A DNA stretch of 63,766 bases, filler included, from Olpidium bornovanus S191 (lineage: Eukaryota; Fungi; Olpidiomycota): the NCBI GenBank assembly GCA_017911155.1. It is 32 parts of 32 records of this genome, joined end to end, with 100 filler letters (N's around TTAATTAATTAA, not from the genome) between each part and the next. Parts side by side here need not be neighbours in the genome. Positions count along the whole stretch, not along the records: positions 35,180 to 36,259 come from JAEFCI010007599.1; positions 36,360 to 38,246 come from JAEFCI010003364.1; positions 38,347 to 39,554 come from JAEFCI010003587.1; positions 39,655 to 40,977 come from JAEFCI010008102.1; positions 41,078 to 42,472 come from JAEFCI010002246.1; positions 42,573 to 46,303 come from JAEFCI010004810.1; 26 more parts are not named here. The stretch is one strand, 5' to 3'. The notes under the pieces are model-generated. The model ran no database searches, had not been told where the DNA came from, and worked only from the letters and a program-made list of their open reading frames with translations. A program made the translations under genes and the position numbers. Each line of letters opens with the position of its first letter. The first letter of the stretch is position 1. Below, piece after piece: positions 35,233 through 46,403 of this stretch.

Positions 35233-35358
35233 GTCTACCAACAAACCTCCTACGCGCTGGAGCCCGTGTCGGAAATCCAAGATTATGTCAGAGAGTACAA
35301 GGTGTTCAACGACGACGAGGCGTACGCGCAGTCGCTGGTCTGCGAGGCCAGATTATGA
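35233..35358 (+). CDS. last exon of a RasGEF (Cdc25-like) domain protein
   Basis: VYQQTSYALEPVSEIQDYVREYKVFNDDEAYAQSLVCEARL* matches the RasGEF end motif YQxxxYxLxxxxxIQxY...EDxxYxxSLxxEPR. Confidence 0.8.
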   Translation, partial: VYQQTSYALEPVSEIQDYVREYKVFNDDEAYAQSLVCEARL

Positions 35359-36360
35359 CATCCCCCCCCGCACCCACCCCCCCTCCCCCCCTCTCACTTA
35401 CCTTTTCTCCCCCGACCCCCGGCCCCCGGGGACTCACGGAAGAAAGATCCAACAAAAGGAAAACGAAGCGGCGACGGGCGCCGGCCTCTCGCACCCGCTC
35501 TTCTCCCTTCCGCGCCCATCCCCTCCGTCAAAAAAAAAAAGAAAAAAATTCCACGCGCCGCCATTCCAGATCCCCGCCGTAAGAACTATTTATAATGTAT
35601 TTATCTTTCCCTCATTCGCCCCTCCCCTCCGCGCACCCCTTTCTCCAGCCTTTTCCTGTGATTGCGGGTTCCCAAACCCCCCAGCGCCTCCGGTGTTTTT
35701 TTTTTCCTGATTTGCGCGCAGTTCTTTCACTACGGGCAACTAAATCATCTCGCATACATAATAAACGGTACCGCAAGAAGAGAGAAGTGAGAGAGGAATG
35801 AGGGGAGTGTGCCTCGCCTGCGGTCGTTTGCGACGTAGGATTCCCCGCAATTGTTGTTGCCCTCCGTCTTTTTTTTTTTTTTTTTTTTTTCTTTTCGCGC
35901 CCTCCTTTATTATCATCATCTGTGTTTTTGCGCTTCCCGGCAAGCAGATTTTTTTTTTACGGGCGGCCGATGGGAGGGTCGGGGGGGGGCGCGGTAGAGC
36001 TCTTTCCGCGTCGTGGAGATCGTGCGCGAACATAGCGAAAACGGAAAAGAAGATAAACAAAAAAAAAACGCGTCTGTGGGTTCTGCGGGCATCTTAATTT
36101 TACGCCAGGTACATTTTCACCGGGTAACTTGGATCGGCCATGTAATATCGTACATCAGGCGGAATCGGATACTATTTACAAACGGGTGGATTCCATTGGC
36201 GAAATCTGTCGGAGACGCCTCGAAAATCCCGAGGGCGTCGGTTTGTTGAGGGCTACCGCNNNNNNNNNNNNNNNNNNNNNNNNNNNNNNNNNNNNNNNNN
36301 NNNTTAATTAATTAANNNNNNNNNNNNNNNNNNNNNNNNNNNNNNNNNNNNNNNNNNNNC

Positions 36361-37941
36361 ATGCTCGACACGCAAGTTCGGAGGCACCTTGAGAAGCTCC
36401 GCCAACTTCTCGGCGACCCGGCGGTCTCCTCCGGCCCGTTGGAAATAGCGCACCACCTCACAAGCAAGCTGATCCCGAAACTCTTTGCCGCCATCCACGA
36501 GTCAATACGCCGTTGCCTCGTCTTCACCAAAGGACTCGGCGCAAAGCAGCTCGTCCTCGTAGTCGACGAGTTCGCCGACGGTGTCATCCGCACTTTGGGC
36601 GACGTCGTCGGCCGCCTCTGCGTGGAGTGCGGTCTGGAGAACAGGCCGCCAGGCCCGGACGGCGGCGGGGCTTCGGACGTCGACGACGAGAAGGAAGAAG
36701 GCGAGCCCGAGAATTGGGTTAACTTCCAGGTCGGGCTGAGGCTCATCGGCCTGTCGCTGCTGATACAGCGCAAGCTGGACCACGTCCTCGGGCTCACCCG
36801 CGGGCCGGGCTTCCGCGAAGCCCGGCGGATCGTCGAGCTGGCTCTCGACGCCGGCCTGGAAGGCGGCGGGGACGGCGGCCTGGAGCGGTTTTTCCCGAAG
36901 CTCCTCGAGGTGCCGTCATCGGCGGCGGCCAAGACCAGGAGGGCGTCCCGGCCGTCGCCGCCGTCTGACAGCAGACCGGCTGCCGCGGAGGACAGCGACA
37001 GCGCGAGCGAAGCGGAGGGAGGCGGACCGGACGCCGGCGGCGCAGGCGACGCGGGGGAATGGGCGCCGGAGGGCCCCCGGAAGTGCCAAGCCGCGCTGGC
37101 GGTCCTCGTGCGGAGCGACCTCCTGTCGGCGCCCCTGCGGTCGTTTTTCGACGAGGTCTTCGCGGCGCCGGAGGGCCAACCGCCCCCGGAGGGCGACCCG
37201 CTCCGGAACGCGCGGTCGTCGAACCGGCAGCTGACGGCCAAGGCCCAGCGGTTCGTGTTCGACGCGACGCTGGCGCCGGTGGTCAAGCAGTTCGCGGCGC
37301 TGCCCCGGCTGGCCGCGTGGAAAAAGGCCGACGGCCGGAGCGCGGCCGCGTCCCCGCTCAACCTCGAGATCCCCCAGTTCTCGCTCTCCCCGTCCCCGTA
37401 CGTCACACGGCTGGGCGAGCACCTGCTGATGCTCCCGCAGCACTTTGAGCCGTACGCCGACGACGAGGGCCTCAAGTTCTCGGTGGAGACGATCCCGTAC
37501 TACGACTCCTCCGAGGCGGAAGAGGCGGCCGAGGGCGGGGCGCACGTTGCCCCCGCCGCCGCCGCCGCCGCCGCCACCTCCGGCGCGCGCGACGCGGCGG
37601 CGGCGGCGGCGGACCCCGTCAGCACCGAGCAGGTCACGCACATCTGGCTCACCAGCATCGCGCGCGGCGCGATGGCCCTGCTCGCGGCGCGCGTGCTCCA
37701 GATCCCCTTCCTCAGCCCCCGGGGCGCCCGCCAGCTGTCGACCGACCTGGGCTACCTCACGAACGTCCTGCGCGCCCTGGAGATCCGGCCGACGCCGCTG
37801 CTCGCCGCCGTCAAGGCCTTCTGCGAGATGCCGGACGCGGAGCTCGCGGCGGAGCTCGCCAGGCGGGCCGGCCGCGGCGGCCGCAGCGAGGACGACGCGG
37901 CGTGTAAGAGGGTCGCGGCGATGCGGAGGGTGCGCGTTTAA
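36361..37941 (+). CDS. COG7: conserved oligomeric Golgi complex subunit 7, C-terminal 526 aa, single exon
   Basis: IPQFSLSPSPYVTRLGEHLLMLPQHFEPY and WLTSIARGAMALL...QIPFLSPRGARQLSTDLGYLTNVLRAL match the long animal/plant-type COG7 C-terminus. Confidence 0.9.
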   Translation: MLDTQVRRHLEKLRQLLGDPAVSSGPLEIAHHLTSKLIPKLFAAIHESIRRCLVFTKGLGAKQLVLVVDEFADGVIRTLGDVVGRLCVECGLENRPPGPDGGGASDVDDEKEEGEPENWVNFQVGLRLIGLSLLIQRKLDHVLGLTRGPGFREARRIVELALDAGLEGGGDGGLERFFPKLLEVPSSAAAKTRRASRPSPPSDSRPAAAEDSDSASEAEGGGPDAGGAGDAGEWAPEGPRKCQAALAVLVRSDLLSAPLRSFFDEVFAAPEGQPPPEGDPLRNARSSNRQLTAKAQRFVFDATLAPVVKQFAALPRLAAWKKADGRSAAASPLNLEIPQFSLSPSPYVTRLGEHLLMLPQHFEPYADDEGLKFSVETIPYYDSSEAEEAAEGGAHVAPAAAAAAATSGARDAAAAAADPVSTEQVTHIWLTSIARGAMALLAARVLQIPFLSPRGARQLSTDLGYLTNVLRALEIRPTPLLAAVKAFCEMPDAELAAELARRAGRGGRSEDDAACKRVAAMRRVRV

Positions 37942-37977
37942 AAAACGCCCGTTTTTTGAGGAGACAAAGACACCGCC

Positions 37978-38008
<31 letters not shown>

Positions 38009-38036
38009 ACCCCCCCCCCCCCCCCCCCGCACCGGC

Positions 38037-38075
<39 letters not shown>

Positions 38076-38346
38076 CCGCCCCCCCCCCACCCCCCCCCCC
38101 GGCCCCCCCCCCGCCCCCCCCCCCCCCCCCCCCCCGCATGCAAGAGCGCGGAGCCCCGCGTGGTAACCGCGCGGGAAGGGACCGGACGCACCGCGTCGAC
38201 AGACGCGACGTCGAGGAACGGCTTTGCCGTCGTTCTGCCCTTGCTCNNNNNNNNNNNNNNNNNNNNNNNNNNNNNNNNNNNNNNNNNNNNTTAATTAATT
38301 AANNNNNNNNNNNNNNNNNNNNNNNNNNNNNNNNNNNNNNNNNNNN

Positions 38347-39554
38347 CAAAACCAAAGGTAACTTGCCACCCTTCCCGGCACCGAGATTAGCACGAGAGAG
38401 GAACAGAACAAATCTAATGTTCAGCCTACAGTACCAGAGATGCAGAATAAGCAAAACCGTGGCATGTACCTTGGTAAATTTCGTCTCAAACAGCCTTAAA
38501 CTCGCCGGTACGGAGGCGAGTCTCTTTGCAAGAGTCCGGCTCCACTGGCCCCTGCTGAGCCGCGCCAACCTGCGGAGGACCCTCATCCACATGGGCTTGT
38601 CGAGCGACCGCCACTGCGCGATGGCCAACTTGGTGAGCACGATTTCCCAGCTCGCCGTCGAGAACACGTCGGGCTCCACCGCCTGTTTGCAAAGAGATTT
38701 GCTGGCCCGCCCGGCGGCGGCCGAGGACTCCGCCTGCCGCGCTCCGGAAACTTCCGCGCCGTTCTGAAATGCGCGCAACACGTCGTCTTCCGCCCCGTCG
38801 TCCTGCCCCAGGTCCTCGGCGAGGTCATCGTCGTCGTCCAGTTCGGGAACGAGGTGTTCCCGCCTTCGGGCGATGCGCTCCGCCTTCGTTTCGGGCGGCT
38901 CGGCCGGACGGACGGAAAAGGAAGGCGGCGACTCGCCCGCCAGTAATTTGGCAAACGCGTCCTCAGCCCAAAACGCCTCCCGGCCGCCGTCCTCCAGGCG
39001 GTCGATCCTTTCGTTGATCCGCTGCAGCTTCTCCTTAAGGCTGACGTGTGCACCTTTCCTCTTCTCCTTCTTCCTTTTCTTCTTTTTTTCCGATCGTATC
39101 TGGTCGCGTTTCGCCGCGTTCATCATCGCTGCTTCCATGATTGCGGCCTGCGCTTCGAGGGAGAGCGGAGGCACGGTGGTCCGTTTGGCCGTCAGCTTCC
39201 CGCGGGCGAGGTTCTGCTTGATCTTCGTAATGCCGTCTAGCCGATCAAATCCATGACATATGGATGACGCGCACGACGCAGATAAGCCAAAGAACCCGCA
39301 CCCCGCGAATGAAATATCTCACGCAGAATAAATACACGGCAAATCGTACCGCTGAACAACTTGCGGATATCCCTGTTTGTGACGCCGTCAAGCGGATCCC
39401 GTCCTCTGCTGTCGCGCTCCGTGAGCCAAGAGGCCATGTTGCTTTCCACGCACCAGTCAACCAGAACCTCGACGACACTGGGCAAGCACTGCTTGCAGGC
39501 GTAATGAAAAACCGTTTCTCGGTTGTTGCCGTACTTCGCCTCCATCGATATTGC
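38347..39554 (-). CDS. ankyrin-repeat protein with a TRANK1-like (putative RelE-fold) segment, internal fragment
   Basis: Exon 39554-39350 has ankyrin-like ETVFHYACKQCLPSVVEVLV...DSRGRDPLD. Exon from 39236 has a K-rich and an acidic linker, then SWEIVLTKLAIAQWRSLDKPMWMRVLRRLARLSRGQWSRTLAKRLASVPASLRLFETKFTK. Confidence 0.65.
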
Positions 39555-41306
39555 NNNNNNNNNNNNNNNNNNNNNNNNNNNNNNNNNNNNNNNNNNNNTT
39601 AATTAATTAANNNNNNNNNNNNNNNNNNNNNNNNNNNNNNNNNNNNNNNNNNNNAAAGCTCTTCAAGACCAAACGAGAGCCTGATGCGGTCGCAGGGTTC
39701 GGCATCAGGTGGGTCGGGTCCTGCAAATTCTCTCAGAGGTGAACTCCTCAGTTCCCGCCTGAGCTGCCGACTCACGCGGCTGTCATTGAGCTCTCCTCAA
39801 GGCCCCCTTTCCCCCTCCTTTGGCAAGTGCGCAAATTGGCACGAAAACGTGCTTCCCTTATTGCGCAACGGCACTTGGATTTTTTTTTGTGCCAAATTCC
39901 GTGGCCTGCCGCACGACTCTTAAAACGCTGCCGACGTCAGAGTTTGCGGAGCGGAAAACTGACGTGACAAAGGTGCGTCATGTCTCTGTACCGGCAATCT
40001 CGAGCGCTCTCTTGACTCTCCCCTAAAAACATAACACAACGCCAACGGCAAAAACCTTTTTCTAACATTTTATCAGCACCAGAGCCTCCTCCCCCCCGTC
40101 ACCCCCCTCGCCGCTGCCCGAAGCTCCCTCGAACTGGTTCACCCGCGCCCGCAGCTTCTCGATCGCCACACGTCACCTTGCTATTTTGCTCCCTTTGCGC
40201 GGTGTTGTACATTTCTGGTAGATTGGGGCCTTCAGATCTTGCTTTGTGGGCATGCTGTTCGTCGAGCGGAAAGATGCGGCCACTCTGTTTAGAACAATCC
40301 AAGATGACGAATTGGCGCTTCCGGGCAGGACTCCCCCCCTTCCCAAACACACTCGCACCACCCCTCCCACAGCCATTTCAACATTCTCAGTTGAATAGAA
40401 CCGACATTCTGTGTTGTATAAACCCCAACTTTTGCAAAATAACATTGCATTGCATGTCAACCCCTCTCGGTCTGCTTTTTATTTTTTGTTTGAACTTTGA
40501 TTTTCTCGGGATTCTGACGCATTTCGGGCAAAATTTGTCCGGACAAGACAAAAACGCAAATACGGCCGTAACGGCAAAATGATGCACACAACGGCAGAGG
40601 GCGGGCAGAAGCGGAGGGAGACGCAAAGGAGGAAAACACATTCTGTAATTTCAGGCGCGCGGAGGGCAGATGTGCGGAAGGCGGCGCATCCGCGAGGGAC
40701 AAGCCCGAGCGAGCATCTGCCACCGCTGAGAGACCTGTCGGGCGAAAAAAAAAAAAAAAAAAAAGGGGGCGCTTTTCCCTCTGCATTTATCCGGGCTGGG
40801 GACCGGTCCTGGCCCGAAAGGCACAGGAGCTGCATTAAAAAGCGCTGTGGTGTTAGCATGTTGTCCAAAATCACCGGCTTGATCAGAACCCTAAACTGGG
40901 CGAACCCCCCCCGGACCGGCAATCCTGACGCAATGCCGCCGCTGGCAAAACAGAGTTCAAGGAAGGGCACCCCGGGANNNNNNNNNNNNNNNNNNNNNNN
41001 NNNNNNNNNNNNNNNNNNNNNTTAATTAATTAANNNNNNNNNNNNNNNNNNNNNNNNNNNNNNNNNNNNNNNNNNNNCATGAATCGATGGATCACTCGGA
41101 ACTTGGCGAGTGCGACATCGGCACGCCTGGAGGTGACTGGAGGTGCCCTAAGGTATCTCCTGGTGTGCTCAGTGAACGTAATTGCCATTTTGGAACCATT
41201 GATGCCAATTGGAAAAAGGCCGATTTTGTCAGTGTGCCAAAGTGTCATTAACTCATTGTACTGCGGCCAGACCACAGGGGGTCCAAGGGGGTCCTCATTG
41301 TACTCC

Positions 41307-41494
41307 GACCAGAGGGGGTCGCGGTCGGAGGCCGGATTGGGATGCGGACGTGGCTGCTGTGCTTGGGCCATTCGAGCCCGGCGACCGCAGTTGGACCAGA
41401 GGGGTTCGCGGTCGGAGGCTAGACGGCAATGACGAGGCTTGGGATGCGGACGTGGCGGCTATACTCACGATATTCGAACCCGGCGACCGCAGTT
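41307..41494. repeat. imperfect direct repeat, 87-bp and 101-bp copies
   Basis: gaccagagggg.tcgcggtcggaggc...tgggatgcggacgtggc...ttcga.cccggcgaccgcagtt starts at 41307 and 41394. Confidence 0.85.
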
Positions 41495-42273
41495 CGGCCG
41501 CCCTCTACGGGGACGCATTAGGGTAATAGCCCTGCACCGGTAGAAAGCGTTTCCAAATGAAATTGGGTTTATCTTTGGACGTAATCGCCCGCTTGATGTG
41601 GCGTCCCTCGACGTGCCCCTTCCGTTTTGTCCCAAAAACAGGCTCCCCGGACGTAGCTTAGCTGCCCACCCCGGCAACTACCTGGACGACGGCGAGATCG
41701 ATATGAGCTACGAGGTCGCATTCGTTTACCTGCGTTCATTTACCTGCTAATGCGGCTCCTCGTGAAGCTCCGCATGCGATCTAACTAGCCTCCGTCATAT
41801 TCCGACATGGCCTCAGGGCTTGCTGCGGCTGGGCGAAACCGTCGGAAACGCGAAACAGGAGGGGCTGCACCCGACGGTCATCTACAACCTGCCAACCCAA
41901 ATACTTCAAAGCTGTAACGCGCAGGGCGCCACCGAGAATCCCGACCAGCGGTGCGTTGGTGGCGGCTGAGCTGGCCGGGCCGGAATTTTTTTTTTCTCGC
42001 CCGTTTGGAGCGGGAACGGCGTCTTCGTGGAAAGCTGAGCTTCCTCGCACTCCCCACCTTGCGGACTGCTGCGGTTGCCCCAAATGTCAATGTTGCATCT
42101 GTCGTACGTACGCCGCCCGCGGTTTTTGCGCTTCGCCGCTCGCCTGTGAGCCGGAAAAGAAAAAATCTTTTTCTTCTAACCTCACTCGCGTCTAGTAAAC
42201 TGACCCCGTTGTTGCCGACGCCCTCACCCGCTGACGTCTAGTCAGCGACTACGAGCAGGGCAAGTCTTTCCCG

Positions 42274-42472
42274 TTGTACCATCTCTCTGAGCTGGAACTC
42301 GGGGAGATGAAGCAACAACTGACCGAACTCCTGTGCGCCAGGCACATACGCTACAGCAAGTCTCCGTGGGGGGCGCCCGTCCTCTTCGTTCGAAAAGCTA
42401 ACGGCAAGCTCCGCATGTGCATGGACTTCCGTTACCTCAACAAATCGACGATAAAGGACGCAACCCCCCTCG
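42274..42472 (+). mobile_element. Ty3/gypsy reverse transcriptase, N-terminal fragment
   Basis: [20 protein letters not shown]...[42 protein letters not shown]. Confidence 0.92.
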
Positions 42473-42713
42473 NNNNNNNNNNNNNNNNNNNNNNNNNNNN
42501 NNNNNNNNNNNNNNNNTTAATTAATTAANNNNNNNNNNNNNNNNNNNNNNNNNNNNNNNNNNNNNNNNNNNNCCTCGCGCAGGGTCTCCATCCTGCCATA
42601 TTATATTATTTTTTGTGTCTGCTGTCTAATCGTATCATTAGGATTACAATCGATATCGATTAGTACTGGATATCATTGGTTAAATAATTTTTCCTGTGTT
42701 TACTGCCCTCCAG

Positions 42714-45700
42714 GTACCAAACGAATCCGCAGGACTCCGTTCTGGCCCGTCAGAAAGACGGCGCCCTCGGAATTGTCGGGTGCCTCTCAGCTGTCATGCT
42801 TGGCAAGGTGCGTCATTATTCTTATTATTAATTTAGCAAAGGGCCGCTTTTGTCCTCCAAACGTGTTGACGGTGAGATGCTGAATGTATTTATGCGTTCG
42901 CGTTTCCAGAATTCCCCCGTTCATAGTCAAATGGAGCAGTTCTTCGTCATGCACGTGCTACCGGATTTCCGCAGCCCACACAGGTTCTTGCGTGCCAGGT
43001 GCTGCGACCTGATCGTGAAGTATGACGACCTTTGTTGGAGTGACAAAAACGTGCGTGGGATTTTTCTGCCTGATTTCAATTTCTTGGCACGCGGCCACCG
43101 GGCTGACCCAGTTGTATCAGAACCTGCTGATGGCGTACCGGTCCGTCGCCCAATGCCTGCAAGATCCGGAACTTCCCGTCCGTGTTCAAGCGGCGATCGC
43201 GCTGACGGCGCTACTTGACAAGGAGGAAGGCGAGTTGGCCCGTCCTGCGGTTCGGGGCGTGATCTGCTTTATCACCGTGTTGTTTTTCTGACACGTTTAT
43301 GTCGGTTCGCGTGTTGCAGTTCGGGAGGCCATCAGCAGCGATGCCGCCAGAATAATGGAAGGTGCGCGTCGGAGGAGAAATCGTCGTACGCATTTCGCTT
43401 TGCATGGCGGGAGGTGCTAAAATGCAAAATCTCTCTCTCATTTTACAGTGCTATTGGATCTCACGAACAAGGTCGACCTAGACACCCTCTCCAACACCAT
43501 GGACGTCTTCGTCGGCACTTTTGCAGAACAGCTGGCGCCATACGCCGTGCAGCTCGGAGAGCAGCTTGTGAGCATTCTGACGAATGTTTCTTTTTGTTTG
43601 TCGCCGCGCGCCCGTCATGTTCGCTTGTTGTATTGAGTCCGCTTTGCGTAAATCGTCGCGGAAAGAAAAATACCTTCATGCGCATGATGAGTGACGTCAA
43701 GGCGCAATCGGAGGCGAACGGCTCGGGCGACGCCAACTACGACGAAGCCAGCGACAAGACGATGGCGGCAATGGGCGTGATGCAGACCGTGACGACGCTC
43801 ATCATCAGCTTGGACCATTCGCCGGAGATTGTGGCGAAGCTCGAGGAGGCCGTCTTGCCGATCGTGCGGCACGTGCTGGAGGAAGGAGAGATTGGTATGG
43901 CGTATGATAGCGCGCTGTAATGATCGGAAACCGCTATCCTGGTTCTTGAACCGGACCAGCGGTTTTCCGTTCCTGATGTGCTCCTACACGCGTTCTAAAT
44001 TCAGAGCTATTCGAGGACGCGTTCCAGGTCCTGGACGCGCTTACCTACACTGCCAAGAGCATCTCTCCGAACATCTGGGGGGTGTACGAAATGATATACA
44101 AAGCCTTCAAGAGTTTTGGTCCCGACTTTATAAGAGAAATGGCCACCTCCTTGGACAACTACGTTTCTTATGGGACGGATGTATTCGTCTCGTCTCCCGG
44201 CGTGCAGGAGATGTTCATGGATGTTATCCAAACGGTAAAGCGCGGTTCAGACGGAAGGATTCGATGTGGTTCTGCGCGTCGCGTGAAGAAATTGAACTTG
44301 ACGATGCGCGAGCTGTTGAACAGACCCTGCAATGCGACAACGTCGGCGAACAAGATTACATGCAGGCGTGCAAGCTTATGGACTCAGTGATGCTGAACTG
44401 CCGGGGGTCCGCGGATCAGGTCCGTGTTTCGCTCGTTTGACAATCCGATTTGTCGTCAGCGTTTCAGAACCAGCTCGTGAAACATGCCTCAGACGTATTA
44501 ACCCGCACCGGCGCGGCTTCACGATTTGGGAATACCCTTCCCACACAGTTCATCCCGAAGTTCCTCGACCTCGTTTTCAGGACGTGCGCCCCGGAAGGGC
44601 GAACGAAGACGAAGGCGTTCCTCCTGCACTGCCTGCTCGTCGTGCTCGGCTGCGTGTACAACAACCCGGCGCTGGCGCTTCACTACCTTGAATCCCAGAA
44701 CTGGGCCGCGGGTTTCATTGACCTCCTCTGCGTCAACGCTGCGGCCCTGTCCCGCGTCCACGACAAGAAGCTTCTTGTCACGGCCGTCTCGGCACTGCTG
44801 GAGTTGCCGGAAGAGCGGCAGGGGCTGGCCCTCCCGAACCGGTGGCCCAAGCTGCTGGAGGCGCTGGTGTTCGCGTTCAAGACCCTGCCCGAGGCTATAG
44901 AAAGTGATTACCGCGAATTTTTGTGGTTTCTACCGCTATATTTTGCCTCTTCCTCGTTGCTTTCCGTTTCGTATACAAAAGTCAACGTTAACTTTTTTTT
45001 TGGTTTTCCGCGCGTTGTGCAGAAAGGGAGCGGGAGGAAGAGGAATATGGAGAATCCGACGACGATGACGACGAGGAAACCGACCCTGGGCCGGAAGTTT
45101 CAAAAGACGACGACGGTACGAGAGAATCGAGTACAGGTCGCGCTTCGGGATACCACACCTCAATTCCTTGACGCGTTCGCCTTTCTCCTGTCTGATTTTG
45201 ACCATTATTCTTTCCTTTTCGCTTCTGCGTCCGCCGCTGGCAGACGGCGAATGGGACGACGAAGAAAACGTCGAAACCGAAGAGAGCGCCTACGTAGAAT
45301 GGCTGGCAGCACAGGCCAGCGCCAATATACCCGAAGACGGCGACAGCGACGACGAGAACGATTGGACGGGCAAGCACGGCTCGGATCTGGAAGAGGAGCT
45401 TGACTTCGAGTCTCCCCTCGACGACCTCGACGTTTACTGCCGCTTCCAGGAAGCTTTTAACAGTACGTTTTTTCTTTCCAACTCTTACCGGCACTGCACC
45501 GTTTTTGCCGTGAAACGGCGTCGTCTCCTTGCCCCCCGTCGGCTTTCGCACGGCGCAAAACGGACGGAAAATTCACAATCTCGATTCCACCCTTTTTGTT
45601 TCCTTTCCTTTCTTTTTCTTTTTTTTTGTTTTATATACTCCGACTTCCGGCTCCCTGAAAGACATACAAGCAAGAGGCACGTCCGCGTTCGCGTACCTCA

Positions 45701-45804
45701 CCAATCAGCTGCCGTGCGAACACCAGGCGGTCCTACAAAACGTCATCGAGACGGCGAACAGGAACAGGGCGGCGGCGACGGCGAAAGCCGCCGAGCAGGC
45801 ATGA
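42714..45804 (+). CDS. NMD5: importin-7/8 family karyopherin (Nmd5/Sxm1-like), C-terminal two-thirds, multi-exon
   Basis: RQKDGALGIVG...MEQFFVMHVLPDF.SP..FLRARCC...ELPVRVQAAIAL...DKTMAAMGVMQTV...VHDKKLL, an acidic loop, ESPLDDLDVY, and a stop at 45804. Confidence 0.92.
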
Positions 45805-46252
45805 CGTCCCTTCCGTCGATTTTTTTCTCTCGAAGCAGGAGTGTAATTACTTTTTTTTTTTTTTGGGAATTCCCCCCTTCCTCTCTCACTCTCTCCCTTC
45901 CTTCCGCCCCCCTTACCTCCACTCCCGCCGCCGTCCCCCGCCGCCTCCTTTCCTTTCTCTCGCCCATTTGCCGTCCCGCGCACCCTGCATATTGCCGCGG
46001 TGTCTCACGCAGTTTATAGAGCACGCAGCTTTTGTAGATCATCTCACGGCGTGTCCTGTTATGACGTGATCAGCAACCTAGACGTTCCTTTTTTTTCAAC
46101 TTAAAAAGCGCTTTTTGGCCCGCCTCCAGCGAGAGGAGACACCGTCCAACCAAAAAAAAAAAAAATTGCTTTTTCCGCCGCTCCAATTTCCTGCGTTCTC
46201 CTCCCACCCATTCGGATTTGGCGCATCGGGCGAACCCGACCCTCTTTAAAAG

Positions 46253-46292
<40 letters not shown>

Positions 46293-46403
46293 AAAAGAGA
46301 AAANNNNNNNNNNNNNNNNNNNNNNNNNNNNNNNNNNNNNNNNNNNNTTAATTAATTAANNNNNNNNNNNNNNNNNNNNNNNNNNNNNNNNNNNNNNNNN
46401 NNN

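Noticed and set aside
36312-38139. 387-aa and 407-aa antisense ORFs over COG7
   Set aside because: Shadow ORFs expected from very high GC3; they have low-complexity R/G/A/S composition, and the plus frame matches a known family.
39655-40977. Contig 21 ORFs (for example 40099-40460, minus)
   Set aside because: No recognisable motif or consistent splice model.
10641-41305. Shared 15-mer GGTCCTCATTGTACT on contigs 5 and 22
   Set aside because: A few 15-mer matches are expected by chance in 64 kb, and similarity does not extend.
41679-41690. YLDD tetrapeptide as an RT active site (DIRS/Ngaro-like)
   Set aside because: No flanking RT motifs in frame; a 4-residue match is expected by chance.
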